64,000 nucleotides of DNA, taken from an uncultured Planctomycetia bacterium. Its GTDB lineage: Bacteria > Planctomycetota > Planctomycetia > Pirellulales > Pirellulaceae. The stretch's first letter is position 1; every line of letters starts with the position of its first letter. Below, piece by piece: positions 41,409 through 52,347 of the stretch. The stretch is taken from NCBI GenBank assembly GCA_963714965.1, contig CAVQQG010000001.1, forward strand, positions 1,480,653-1,544,652, written 5' to 3'. The notes under the pieces were generated by a model, which worked only from the letters and a program-made list of their open reading frames with translations, did no database searches and was not told the DNA's origin. The position numbers and the translations under genes were made by a program.

Positions 41409-44400
41409 ATGCGCATGTCAGGTCAGGGACGACCCGGGACTGTATTTCTGTTTCTCGTGCTGGTGAGCGTGCCGGTTCCTTCACGGCTTGCAGCCCAAAC
41501 CATCGACTGGCCGCGCAACATTGCCGCGCAAGACGACTGCGAACTGACGGACGTCTATTTCAGGGATCGTGAAACCGGATGGGTGATCGGGCGACGAGGA
41601 TTGTTGTTGATGACGGTGGATGGGGGCCGTTCGTGGGAAGAGCAGACTCTGGAGGTCGACTGCGACCTGGAAACGATTTGTTTCGCGTCACCGTCGATCG
41701 GCTGGATCGCCGGTGGCTACCGTCTGCCTCATGCCGCGGCCAGCCGGGGCGTGCTGCTGGAGACCAGCGATGGCGGCACCAGCTGGCAAACCGTCCCGGG
41801 CCTGGACATCCCGCGGATTCGCAAACTGTTGTTCGATTCTGCCCGTGACGGATTCGCAATCGGCGACTCGGGTCCCGGGAATCCCGGTGGAATCCTGATC
41901 AGTAACGATGGCGGACGCAGCTGGTCCGGATCGATGAAAGCGGAGCCGGCGGCATGGCAAGCGGCCGAACGTTTTCCGGATCAACGACTGGTACTGGCCA
42001 GTCGAAACGGCCAGATCGCACTGGCCCAAAATGGCCTCTGGAATCCGACCGGGCCGAGTGGCCTGGCGGCCGGGGCCATTAACGATTTTTGCGTGCTGGA
42101 TCCACACAACGCCATGGCAGCCGGGGATCGCGGACTGGTGGCTCAAACGGCCGATGGCGGCCGGTCATGGCAACCGGTCGATGCCGCGGCGGCATGGCCC
42201 GATGCGTCGGTGGATTTTCAGGTTATCGTTAGCGCCGGCAACCGGATCTGGATGGGGGGCGACCCCGGTGGCCTGATCTTTCGCCTGGAGCCCGGCAATC
42301 GCCGCTGGTCCAGGCACCCGTTGCCCATTCGGTCGCCCATTACCGGGATGCATTTCATCGATGAACAAACGGGCTGGGCCGTCAGTCGCCTGGGAGACAT
42401 CATTCATACCGGGGACGGCGGAGAAACGTGGTCCCTGCAACGGCGCAGAGCGCGGGGCGTCGCCCTGCTGCAACTGGCTGCCGATGCCGGGGGCTTTTGC
42501 CCGGAATTTTTTGCCAAATTCTGCGGGGATGAGGGTTATGTGGGGGGGGCGATTCTGATTTCGTCCGCAGATGCTTCCCCGAGCCGTAACGCATGCGATG
42601 ACGCCGGCCAGGCGCTGACCCGCGTCGGTGCCAGCTTTCTCGTTCAGGCCCCTTCAGAACTTTTGACTCCCGAATCCGCACAGTCCTCACCGGATCCGCG
42701 ACTGCGTGAGTACCTGGTCCGACAGATCCGCTGTTTGCAACCCCGTGTGATTGCCGTGGACGCCGGTGGCGGCCGTCAAAAAGCGGAGTTCGATTTGCGC
42801 AACCAGATTCTGGCAGCGGTCAACGATGCGGCCGATCCGGGTCAATTCGAGCATCAATGTTCCGGTCTGGAGTTGCCGGCCTGGCAAGTTGGAAAGGTCA
42901 TTCTGATCGACCGCTCGGGCAGTGGTGCCACCGGTATTTCGGGACATGAGTACCTGACGCGGATGGCCTGCCTGGTGGGTGATTACGCCGCACCCAGTCG
43001 TCATTTGCTGGGACAGACCGAACGCGACGTGCGCGCGATTTCCATTCAGACGCTGTACTCCAGCCCGCTGGTTGCCGGTCGCTCCGGTTCCCTGATGGAT
43101 TCGATTGAGCGGCTGGACGGCCAGGTTCCCAAACGCAGACAACAGCGACCGGCCAACGGCAATATGATCTCGATGCGACAGTTGGCCAGTAAAACCCAGC
43201 GCCTGGATACGCTGCTGGAATTGGCAGCGCAGCCGGACAGCACCACCGGCCAGTTCGCCAGGGGATTGGCCAACCTGTGTGGCAATCTGGATGACGCGAC
43301 GGCCGGTGTCTGGCTGTACGAACTGGGCCAACTCTGCCTGCAGCGGGGTGATACCGCGTTTGCCCGGTTTGCATTCAGCTATCTTCTGGATCAGTATCGT
43401 CGGCACCCACTGGCCCTGGCGGCCGCGTTGCAACTGTACGATGACTTTTCCAGCACCGAAATGGCGATGCTGGCCCGAACGCGGATTGAAGCGGCGTACC
43501 GGTTTCAACAGGACCATCCGCCGTCTCCGGCGGCCAACACCCCACCGCTGACGCGGCCGGTTACTCACTATGAGAACGGTATTGCGACGACCGTTTGGGA
43601 AGCAGTGGTCGACGAGTCCAACGGTCCGGTTCATCCGGTACGCCAGGTCAACTTTCTGGAAACGCAGCTCGATCGATTGTCGACCGTGCGGCACCAGCAG
43701 GCCTATTCGTCCGGCCAGACCGTGACGGTTTTCGACTCCGGCGGCCTGGACAACAACCAGCGGATTTTGTCCCGGATTCGATTGAACCAGAAACTGGAGC
43801 CGACGATCTCGCTGGAAGACCAGCTCAAACAGGTTGCGGCGGTCCCTCCCGAACAATCCATTGTGGCGTCGGCAGCCCTCCGCGAACTGGCCGTGGAGCG
43901 ACAGGGCACGGCGGCGGCAGCCCGCCGATTCGGGTTCCTGTGTCCGGTAGCCGGGAAACGGCCCTGGCTGGATGGAAAGCTGGATGATCCGGTCTGGAAT
44001 CAGGTGCGTCAGGACGGACGGTTTTTCTCGCTGGCTGACGCTGCGGTTCAGGTCACCGATCAGGTGATGATTGCCTGTGATGATGAGTTTTTGTTCGTGG
44101 CCATTACCTGCGCCGTTTGCCAGGCATGCAATACGCTCAACCGACAGGCGCTCGACAGCGTGACGCACAAATGTCCGAATCCGACACCGTCACACTGGGA
44201 ATTGACACCGACCGCGATTATTTGTCGCGATTCCAGTTGATGGTCGACAGCGCCGGCCGTGTCGCCGACCAGTGCGGAGAGGCACTTGGCTGGGATCCCC
44301 AATGGTACGTCGCCCATCGAACGGACGATCAAAACTGGTATGCGGAAATCGCCATTCCCCTGGATGAATTGTGCACTTCCGGCAGCCAACCGTTGTGGTC

Positions 44401-44659
44401 CTTTTCGGTATCCCGAACCTTGCGAGGAATGCCGGTTTCCACGTGGTGGCAATCGGATTTGTCGGGCGCCGAAATGCCGCCGTGGTCTGTCAAGGATGCC
44501 AGCATAAAAAGCGGGTTAAACGCCGGCCCGATTCATCCCGATGCGTGGGCCATGATTCTGATGCCCTGGCGGCCGGCCGATTCCGATAGCGATCCCAGAC
44601 CCCCATCGGCCAGGTCCGCTGGCAAACCCACGGTAACGGCATTGCCAGCTGATAATTAG
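41409..44659 (+). CDS. large secreted Ycf48/BNR-like beta-propeller protein with a C-terminal CBM9-like domain, frameshifted around 44110-44190
   Basis: Signal peptide, DGG.SW BNR-type repeats, and a CBM9-like C-terminus that continues in ORF 44117..44659 in another frame. Confidence 0.65.
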
Positions 44660-45087
44660 CTGTCACCCCCAGTCCGGTTGGGCAGGCGGTCGTCATGTGG
44701 ATCGCAACCGGGGACCCGTGCAGGGTCGCTGGCCGGGCACGTTGGCAGGAGGACCGGCCCGTCACCGGCGGGGGTCGTTTCTGCCACAAAGTTTTGGAAC
44801 CCGTCTTGCCGTGACCGGATGTAACGTTTACAAACCCGCGTGCAATTTTGGGAGCGATTCGTTTGGCCGGGCTGACCGGATTCAACCCGAGGATGAACAA
44901 CCCTCCCACAATTGCCGGTGAACCGCGACGGAACCGATCCGCAACGCGAGCAGTTTCGATTCCGGGAGATCCTGGCACGGCAACTGCACGGTGTTGACGG
45001 AGTGCCGGATGCACCTCGCCATTTACCGCACGTTAGTAAATCACAACTCGCCCATACGTGCTTCACATCTGTCAGGGAGGATTGATC

Positions 45088-45681
45088 TTGAAGACGTCAT
45101 CGAAATTTATCGTCACATTTGCCTGCGTCGTAGCGTTGGCTGGAACCTTGCAGGCCCAGGAAAGCAGTTCGGGCATGGTCGCCGTACTGGATGTTGCCCA
45201 GGTCTTCAAGGACAACACGGTTTTCAACCAGCGGATGGAGGCCATCAAGATCGAGGCTGAACAATTCAAGGCCAAGATGGAGGCCGAGCAGGCATCGATT
45301 CGTCAGGAAGCCGAGCGGTTGAACGAGTATACCCCCGATTCGGACGAATTCCGGCAATTGGAAGGCGAGCTGGAGCAGCGAACGGCCCAGCTCCGCACGG
45401 TGGCCCGGCAAACCAACACCGACATGCTCAATCGTGAAGCGACGATTTACTACGACACCTATTCCCAGATGCAGGAAGTCATTGCCTCAATCGCCGCGGA
45501 ATACAACATCACGCTGGTCGTCCGTTTTGATGGAGGTCCGATTGACCGCACCAACCGGGGTGAGGTCATCAAGGGCGTTAATCGCAACGTCGTCTATCAG
45601 AAAAATCTGGACCTGACCAACATGGTGGTCGAGCGGATGGGCTCGGTGGCCTCTGCCGGTATGGGTAACAACATCAAATAG
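45088..45681 (+). CDS. skp: OmpH/Skp family periplasmic chaperone
   Basis: GGGAGGA RBS before TTG 45088. Signal peptide and a coiled-coil Skp-like body. Confidence 0.7.
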   Translation: MKTSSKFIVTFACVVALAGTLQAQESSSGMVAVLDVAQVFKDNTVFNQRMEAIKIEAEQFKAKMEAEQASIRQEAERLNEYTPDSDEFRQLEGELEQRTAQLRTVARQTNTDMLNREATIYYDTYSQMQEVIASIAAEYNITLVVRFDGGPIDRTNRGEVIKGVNRNVVYQKNLDLTNMVVERMGSVASAGMGNNIK

Positions 45682-45799
45682 CCGCGCTGGACCCGGCCCG
45701 GCCGGTGCCGTGCGAAAAGGGCCCGGCGGCCATTGTCAAATGTTTACGGCTCCTCACCGGGGGGAGCCTGATCAGGGGCCGGAATCGTCCGGCCGCCGG

Positions 45800-46378
45800 T
45801 TATGGCGACGGCAGGTTTTGCCGGGCCTTGCGTTTGTCTTCAAACATGGCGCTGTCGGCCGTGGCCATTAACTGGTCCCGGGTCAATTCCCCGGCCATCA
45901 CGGCGATTCCGGCACTCCAGCGAACCGGTTGATCCGGAATAACCTCGGCCAGCAGCGGGTCCGCAAACTGTTTTGAGCGGCTGATGATGTGCGCGGCTTC
46001 CGCTTCGTTGATCCCCGGCAGGAGTATGGCAAATTCATCTCCGCCGAGCCGGGCAATAAAATCGGTCGCCCGAATCTGCTGGCGGATGGCATGGGCCAGG
46101 GTCCGCAACACCCGGTCACCCATCACGTGACCCAAGCGGTCATTAATTTGCTTGAAACGATCGATATCGACGATCACCAGGCAGAATCCCCGCTCCAGCC
46201 TGTGAAACTCGGCAACACTTCGCTGCAGTTCCTCATCAAACCGCCGCCGATTGGCAATTCCGGTAACCGGATCGGTGTCGGACAGTGTCCGCAGTCGCTC
46301 GATTTCACGAGCTTGCTCTTCAACTTTCAGGTTCAGGCACCGGATTTCGGCATTCAGCGCATCGCTTGACGATTTCAT
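45800..46378 (-). CDS. GGDEF-domain diguanylate cyclase with an N-terminal coiled coil
   Basis: RLGGDEF active-site motif. Confidence 0.85.
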   Translation of the reverse strand: MKSSSDALNAEIRCLNLKVEEQAREIERLRTLSDTDPVTGIANRRRFDEELQRSVAEFHRLERGFCLVIVDIDRFKQINDRLGHVMGDRVLRTLAHAIRQQIRATDFIARLGGDEFAILLPGINEAEAAHIISRSKQFADPLLAEVIPDQPVRWSAGIAVMAGELTRDQLMATADSAMFEDKRKARQNLPSP

Positions 46379-46654
46379 CGGATTGTGAGACCGGAAAGGT
46401 CGGAAGGTGGGACCGTGTCAGGACCCGTGGTGGTCGTCCCATTGTATCGGGTCTGCCGGCCCAATGCGACAGAATTCCCAAACGGACCATTTCGGTCCGC
46501 CGGACCGGTCGCCAATCCGGCAAATACAAAATACCATGCAAACACGACGGGTATAAACTCCCCCGGTCGGAGGCCCGCCGGCCCGTCCTGACAAGGCGTT
46601 GGTAACCGGACGATCCGATCGATTGACCCTTGTTCCTGCGTGCCCGGTACCTGC

Positions 46655-47902
46655 ATGTTGAATCTGCTGTTGTTTGAAGATGCCCTGGTCGATGGCCTGG
46701 ATCCGGTCACCAGCGGCCGTCCGGCATGGGCGGTTTCCTGCGCCAGTTATCGACTGGTGGACCTCGTCAGCCGCTTGCCAGGAGTCGTGTCAAGCGTGGT
46801 TCGTCCTTTTTTGCGCGACGTGGTTGCTGCCGATTTCGGGGCAACCGTGGCGGGCATGGATGCGGCCCGGCCCTGGACTCTCTGCATCAACGCCCGCACC
46901 GCCCCGACCCTGGGCAATCTGCGTGTGTTGCGGGAACTTGGCGACCGGCAATCGCCGACGCATTGTAGGGACGGCCCCACATTGCAGGCCGCCCTGGTCC
47001 CGACGCCGCAGGCTGTCGCATGGACGCGGGATGTCAATTCGCTGGATGCCATGGCGGTTGTTCCGGCAACCAGCACCCCGCTGGACGGGTCACTGGAGTT
47101 GTTTGGGTATTTGCATGATTATGTACGCATCAACCGGCAGGCGTTTGTCGACAACCTGAATGACCGCTTGCAAACCGGTTCATGGCGCGAGGTCATGGAC
47201 GGCGTCTTTACCGACGACGCGGCCTGGAGTCCACCGGACTTCGTATCGCTGGACAGCCGCCAGGGACCCGTGCTGATCTCCCCGGGTGTTCAGCTGAAAC
47301 CCTTTGCCGCGCTGGCCGGCCCTTTGTTCATTGGTCCGGGCAACCGGATCGCCGCGCATTCCGCCATTCGCGAGTATGTGTCGACCGGAACCACTTGCAA
47401 ACTGGGCGGCGAGATCGAGGCCTCGGTCATTGAGAGCTACAGCAACAAGCAGCACTATGGATTTCTGGGGCACAGTTACCTGGGCAGCTGGATCAACCTG
47501 GGGGCCGGCACCTGTAACAGCGATCTGAAAAACACTTACGGGACCGTCAACATGCGGCGCGGGGGCGAACGGATTGCCACGAACCAGCAATTCGTCGGTT
47601 GCTTCATCGGGGACTACGCCAAAACCGCCATCAACACTTCAATCTTTACCGGCAAAACGATCGGTGTATGCAGCATGCTGTACGGGATCGCCTGTACGGA
47701 CGTCGCAGCGTTTACCAACCACGCCCAGTCACTGGGCCAGGTAACGGCCGTCGATCCACAGGTCATGGTGCAGACCCAGGCCCGGATGTTCCGGCGCCGC
47801 GGTGTCGAGCAACGCCACTGTGATCAGGAACTCATCTCGGCCATGTTTGACCGGACGGCGGGACAACGTCAGGGGCTACCGACCCGGCCCCTGGCCTGGT
47901 GA
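46655..47902 (+). CDS. DUF4954-family protein with a left-handed beta-helix (putative sugar-nucleotide transferase-like)
   Basis: Hexapeptide-repeat region in the C-terminal half. Confidence 0.65.
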   Translation: MLNLLLFEDALVDGLDPVTSGRPAWAVSCASYRLVDLVSRLPGVVSSVVRPFLRDVVAADFGATVAGMDAARPWTLCINARTAPTLGNLRVLRELGDRQSPTHCRDGPTLQAALVPTPQAVAWTRDVNSLDAMAVVPATSTPLDGSLELFGYLHDYVRINRQAFVDNLNDRLQTGSWREVMDGVFTDDAAWSPPDFVSLDSRQGPVLISPGVQLKPFAALAGPLFIGPGNRIAAHSAIREYVSTGTTCKLGGEIEASVIESYSNKQHYGFLGHSYLGSWINLGAGTCNSDLKNTYGTVNMRRGGERIATNQQFVGCFIGDYAKTAINTSIFTGKTIGVCSMLYGIACTDVAAFTNHAQSLGQVTAVDPQVMVQTQARMFRRRGVEQRHCDQELISAMFDRTAGQRQGLPTRPLAW

Positions 47903-48041
47903 ACGGTGCCGGACAGAGCGCTGTGACGAAGTATCAGTACGAGGGCAAGCCGGTTCCCGCAGCAACCATTCATCCGGTAGAATACCGGTCGGCACGTTCC
48001 GCGTGAGCGGCTGTTCCTTCCTGACGTTTTGGTTTGCTGCC

Positions 48042-48938
48042 ATGTCCTCGCGTTCGTTTTTTTCGGGTAACCGGTCGGCCTTGTCGTTTGAGTTGTTTCC
48101 GCCCCGCACCCCGGCCGGAGTTCGCTCGCTGTATCGCCACGTACAGGAGTTGATGGCGTTCGCTCCCGATTTTATTACGTGCACTTATGGTGCCGGCGGA
48201 TCGACACGTGACAAGACGCTGGAAATCGTCGGTAATATCAAAAGCCGTTTCAATATCCCGGTGGCCTCTCACCTGACGCTGGTGGATGCCTCGCGCGAAG
48301 AGCTGGCCCGCTATCTGGACGAGGCACGACATCTGGGAGTGGACCACATCGTCGCACTCCGCGGTGATCCGCCGTCGGGTCGTGGATATTTCCAGGCGGC
48401 GCCTGGCGGTTTTCGGTATGCCAACGAACTGGTATCGCTGATTCGTAGCGAGTTTCCCGAATTCGGCATCGCCGTTGCCGGCTATCCGGAAACTCATCAG
48501 GAAGCACCCAGCCCCGACATCGATCTGGAAAATCTGAAACGCAAGGTCGACGCGGGGGCAGATATCGTGATCACCCAGCTGTTTTACGACAATCAGGACT
48601 TTTTTCGATTTCGCGACCGGTGCCAGGCGGCCGGAATCCCGGTCCCCATCATTCCCGGGCTGCTGCCGGTGCTGAGCCTGCACCAGGTCAGAAAAATCAC
48701 GGCATTGTGCGGGGCCAGCCTGCCCAGGGCGTTCGCCCGCCGGTTGCTGGAAAAACCGGACGATACCGGTTGGCAAATGCAGGTGGGAATCGAACAGGCA
48801 ACCCGCCAGGCCAGCGAGCTGTTGTCAGAATCGGTCGCAGGATTACACTTTTACGTGCTGAACAAGTCCGAATCCACGGCCGCCATCCTGTCCTCGCTGG
48901 AAAATCTCGGACTGGGTGTGTCAAACCGTGGCGGTTGA
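48042..48938 (+). CDS. metF: 5,10-methylenetetrahydrofolate reductase
   Basis: Full-length similarity to MetF (FELFPP, TCTYGAGG, LRGDPP). Confidence 0.85.
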   Translation: MSSRSFFSGNRSALSFELFPPRTPAGVRSLYRHVQELMAFAPDFITCTYGAGGSTRDKTLEIVGNIKSRFNIPVASHLTLVDASREELARYLDEARHLGVDHIVALRGDPPSGRGYFQAAPGGFRYANELVSLIRSEFPEFGIAVAGYPETHQEAPSPDIDLENLKRKVDAGADIVITQLFYDNQDFFRFRDRCQAAGIPVPIIPGLLPVLSLHQVRKITALCGASLPRAFARRLLEKPDDTGWQMQVGIEQATRQASELLSESVAGLHFYVLNKSESTAAILSSLENLGLGVSNRGG

Positions 48939-48983
48939 TGGCCCGGGTGCGGACGGTTTTGCCCTGTTACCATTTGGGAATGT

Positions 48984-49424
48984 TTGACTGCCAGTCTCCC
49001 CTGCAATCCGGTTCGCGCGATGTTTGAAAGTACTCTGGATTGGTTGCCGTTTCTGGTCGCAGGCGGTGTATTGGTGACCGTTTGGCTGGTGTTGCGGAAC
49101 AAGGCGACGGCCCTGAATTCGACCGCTGAGTTTGACCGGCATATTGGGCGTGGCAAACCGGTTGTGTTGAAATTTTTTGCCAATACGTGAGGCCGGTGCC
49201 TGGCGTCCACGCCCATCGTGAATGGGATCGAACAGGACTTGCAGGGTCAGGCGGATGTGGTTCGCATCAACAAGTTGACGAGTCTGGGCCGGGAACTGGC
49301 CCGGCGTTACGATGTCACATCGGCCACGACCACGCTGGTGCTCGACAAGGACGGAACGGTCATCTATCGCCATGCGGGGTTGCCCAGTCGCAGCCAGGTC
49401 GTCGAAGCCGTTCAATCCGCCTGA
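48984..49424 (+). CDS. membrane-anchored thioredoxin-like protein with an in-frame TGA at 49188-49190 replacing the first Cys of WCxxC; candidate selenoprotein
   Basis: ORFs 48984..49190 and 49218..49424 share one frame with no stop other than TGA. The joined protein reads VVLKFFANT-U-GRCLASTPIVNGI...TTTLVLDKDGTV, which matches the thioredoxin fold (DFWAEWCGPCKMIAPI...PTLLLFKNGEV). Confidence 0.6.
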
Positions 49425-49526
49425 GCGCTGTCGCCATTCGGCTCTAGGTGATGCCGGCGGCCAGCTGAACGCTCAATTCGCGAATGCGTCCAACCATCGA
49501 ATACAGGCCATTACGCCGATTCGGGC

Positions 49527-49892
49527 TTAAATGCTGGTTGAGCCCCAGCGCGCAAAAAAATCGGCCGGATCCACCGCAATGGACTCTTCCGGAGTTTTCC
49601 CCTGATACAACGAGAGCAGGATCACGATCAGGCCCTTGACGATCAGTGAGTCACTGTCGGCGTAAATGCTAATCGGTTGACCGGCCGTATCATCGGGCGA
49701 TTGCGGTTCTATCGCCAGCCAGACAGTGCTCATACAGCCCTGGACCTTGTTGGCCTCGGTTTGGTAACGGCTGTTCAGGGGAGGAAGCTCGCGCCCCAGG
49801 TCGAGCAGGAATTCGTATTTGTCTTGCCAGTCCTGCAAGTCCTCAAAAGTATCCCGGATCTCGTCCTGGCTGGGGGGAAACGGGTCGCTCAT
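49527..49892 (-). CDS. sufE: cysteine desulfuration protein SufE
   Basis: VQGCMSTVWL active-site motif; about 120 aa. Confidence 0.8.
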   Translation of the reverse strand: MSDPFPPSQDEIRDTFEDLQDWQDKYEFLLDLGRELPPLNSRYQTEANKVQGCMSTVWLAIEPQSPDDTAGQPISIYADSDSLIVKGLIVILLSLYQGKTPEESIAVDPADFFARWGSTSI

Positions 49893-50040
49893 CGGGCCAT
49901 AACCGGATTGACAGACACTGGTTTGAAAATCGGGAACATCACGCCCCGCTTGACTAATGCTAGTCGCCTGGCGTCCAAAAGAAAACGGCCGTTGCCGGAA
50001 TACGCGGCCTGTCACGCCCTGATCCGGATTGCGCCGGCAT

Positions 50041-50072
50041 AATAAAAAACCCGGTTGCCAGGCAACCGGGTT
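50041..50072 (-). terminator. rho-independent terminator for the minus-strand gene ending at 50141
   Basis: Perfect 10-bp stem aacccggttg/caaccgggtt with a 5-nt loop, followed on the minus strand by UUUUUUAUU. Confidence 0.55.
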
Positions 50073-50140
50073 CTCGGTGACTATCCAGTCTATTGCAATC
50101 GCAGCGGGCCGGATTCCCGGCCCGCCGCATTGAATCAGGG

Positions 50141-50824
50141 CTAAAAACCAATTCGGATTCCCAGTCCACGATGACCCAGCGTGATGCCGCCACCCTCGTT
50201 CGGGAACACCGAACCATGACCGCGGCCTCGGCCATAACCACCGGCATGTGTTGTCGGGTAAGGCCCCCGGGCGTAATCGTAACCGGTTCGAAATGAAATT
50301 CCCGGAGGATGGTAAAGCTGATGTCCCCGGGCGACGGGCGAAATGATCGCGGGCGGCGGCAATGGGGCCACCAGGGCGTCCAGCATGCAGTGAACGAGAT
50401 CCCGGACCGCCGCCAGTCGACGGCCAACCTCGATACTGCAATACGAGATGGGAGGATCGAGCCCCCGTTCAGCGCGAAAATGGGCATTCTCGATCTGACT
50501 TTCCAGTCGGTGCACCAGTTGATCCAACCGGTCAATTTCCGTCGCCCACTGGCAGCCCGAACCATGGCGGGCCATGCCGCGCAAATACAGGGACTTGGCC
50601 TTGATACGGGCGCTGGTCGCCATGATTTCGCCAAAGTTCCGACTTGGCACATAGTAGTCGATCAGGGTGCGATCCATTTCGACCATTGAAAAATAAACGG
50701 CGTTGGCCTTGGCACGCAGGATGTCATATTCATGATCCGCCTGTGCCGTGCCGGTAAATGCCAATCCGGCGGCAACGGCCACCAGACCGGCGGCTGTCTT
50801 AAGTATTTGTTTTTGTATCATCAT
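50141..50824 (-). CDS. secreted hypothetical protein
   Basis: Signal peptide (AAGLVAVAAGLAFTGTAQA). Confidence 0.5.
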   Translation of the reverse strand: MMIQKQILKTAAGLVAVAAGLAFTGTAQADHEYDILRAKANAVYFSMVEMDRTLIDYYVPSRNFGEIMATSARIKAKSLYLRGMARHGSGCQWATEIDRLDQLVHRLESQIENAHFRAERGLDPPISYCSIEVGRRLAAVRDLVHCMLDALVAPLPPPAIISPVARGHQLYHPPGISFRTGYDYARGPYPTTHAGGYGRGRGHGSVFPNEGGGITLGHRGLGIRIGF

Positions 50825-51113
50825 GTTCCGGCCCCTTGTGTCAGGACAAACGCGGTCGCCACCGGAACCGGTGTCCCGCTGGTGAACATGAATTCAGGCA
50901 AGCGGCGGGCCAAAGAGCGTTGGGGGAGCGACTCGCGCCGAGACAAAATGCCCAGGGACCCGCAAAAACAAATGTAAAATTTACAATTTCACAGCGGTCG
51001 ATTGTCTTCAGGCGACCAGCGTGACATCATCAATTTGATGACACGCGCAATCCATTTGATGGCCCGGCACCAGGGGTCCGGAATTTGACCGTGGCCGACG
51101 GAACCGTGGGGGA

Positions 51114-51965
51114 TCAGGCAGCCGCCCGCCAACCATTCTGGATGGGCAGCCGCGTGTTGAGGGCCTGCATTTCGCTGACTTCCCGGGCCAACGCCCGGTA
51201 ATCTTCCGCGCCATGGGAATCCGGGGCGTATTCCAGAATGGACTGACCAAAACCTGGTGCCTCGGCCAGCCTGATATTTTTGCGAATCCGCGATTCAAAG
51301 ACCCGGGCGCCCGCCCAAACCGTTCGCTGCATCCGTTCTCTCTGAAAAAACTCCTCCACGTCTCCCATGACTTCGCCTGCCAGTCGGGTTCCGGATTCCA
51401 CCATACAGTACAGGACGCCGCTCAGGCTTAATTCGCGATTCAGGCGCTTGGCGACGATATCGATGGTCTTCAGCAATTTGCTGAGTCCGTGCAGGGCAAA
51501 GAAGTGCGGCTGCAACGGCAGAAATACCTCCGTCGCGCAGGTTAATGCATTGGTCGTCAGGATTCCCAGTGACGGAGGACAGTCGAGAATCACATAATCA
51601 AAACAGGCGGCGTCTTCCGACAGGCGATCGCGCAATATCATTTCGCGACCCACCTCTCCGGCCAACTCCATTTCGGCGGCCGCCAGATCCAGATGCGAGG
51701 GAGTGACCCACAGATTGTCACAAGCCCGCATACGAACGTCGCCAATGGGTTGCTGGCCGGTCATTACCTGATAGATCGAACTTTCGCCGTCCAGAACGGT
51801 CAGCCCCAGATGGAGTGACGCATGGGCCTGGGGATCCAGATCAATCAACCAGACGCGTTGACCGGTGGACGCCAGCGCGGATGCCAGGTTGACGGCTGTG
51901 GTCGTTTTGCCAACCCCCCCCTTTTGATTAATGATGGCGATCGTGCGTGTCTGGACCGGTCCCAT
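51114..51965 (-). CDS. parA: ParA/MinD-family partition ATPase
   Basis: Deviant Walker A KGGVGKTT. Confidence 0.85.
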   Translation of the reverse strand: MGPVQTRTIAIINQKGGVGKTTTAVNLASALASTGQRVWLIDLDPQAHASLHLGLTVLDGESSIYQVMTGQQPIGDVRMRACDNLWVTPSHLDLAAAEMELAGEVGREMILRDRLSEDAACFDYVILDCPPSLGILTTNALTCATEVFLPLQPHFFALHGLSKLLKTIDIVAKRLNRELSLSGVLYCMVESGTRLAGEVMGDVEEFFQRERMQRTVWAGARVFESRIRKNIRLAEAPGFGQSILEYAPDSHGAEDYRALAREVSEMQALNTRLPIQNGWRAAA

Positions 51966-52347
51966 GCGAAACTCCTTTTTCTGACAGGCCGCAACGCGCG
52001 GCAAACGGGCTCGGGAGTATACAAGTGACCGGCTGATACTCACCAGACGAGTTTTGCCAGCTTTCCGTCATCGGCCGGCAGCGGGCCAGGGACCGCCATT
52101 TCGATCGGGCTGTTTTCAGGAAGACATAGACCAGCGCGAACCCCACCAGGGGCGTAATCCACCATGAGGGGGCGATCGCGGCCACTTCGAACAATCGCAG
52201 GCTGGAGTCGATCGTGGCCGCCATGGCCAGACATCCCGCTGCCAGCCAGATCCAGTGGCCCGCGCGGGCCCACCGCGTCAGACAGGCCAGGGCCACCCGC
52301 AAATAAATGAACGCCGTTAGCGGATACAACAGAAACAGCAGCTCCAT
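51928..52347 (-). CDS. small membrane protein, possibly a truncated or frameshifted MsrQ-like partner of MsrP
   Basis: Start overlaps the msrP stop (ATGA). Three hydrophobic helices, then a non-membrane tail overlapping parA. Confidence 0.3.
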   Translation of the reverse strand: MELLFLLYPLTAFIYLRVALACLTRWARAGHWIWLAAGCLAMAATIDSSLRLFEVAAIAPSWWITPLVGFALVYVFLKTARSKWRSLARCRPMTESWQNSSGEYQPVTCILPSPFAARCGLSEKGVSHGTGPDTHDRHH

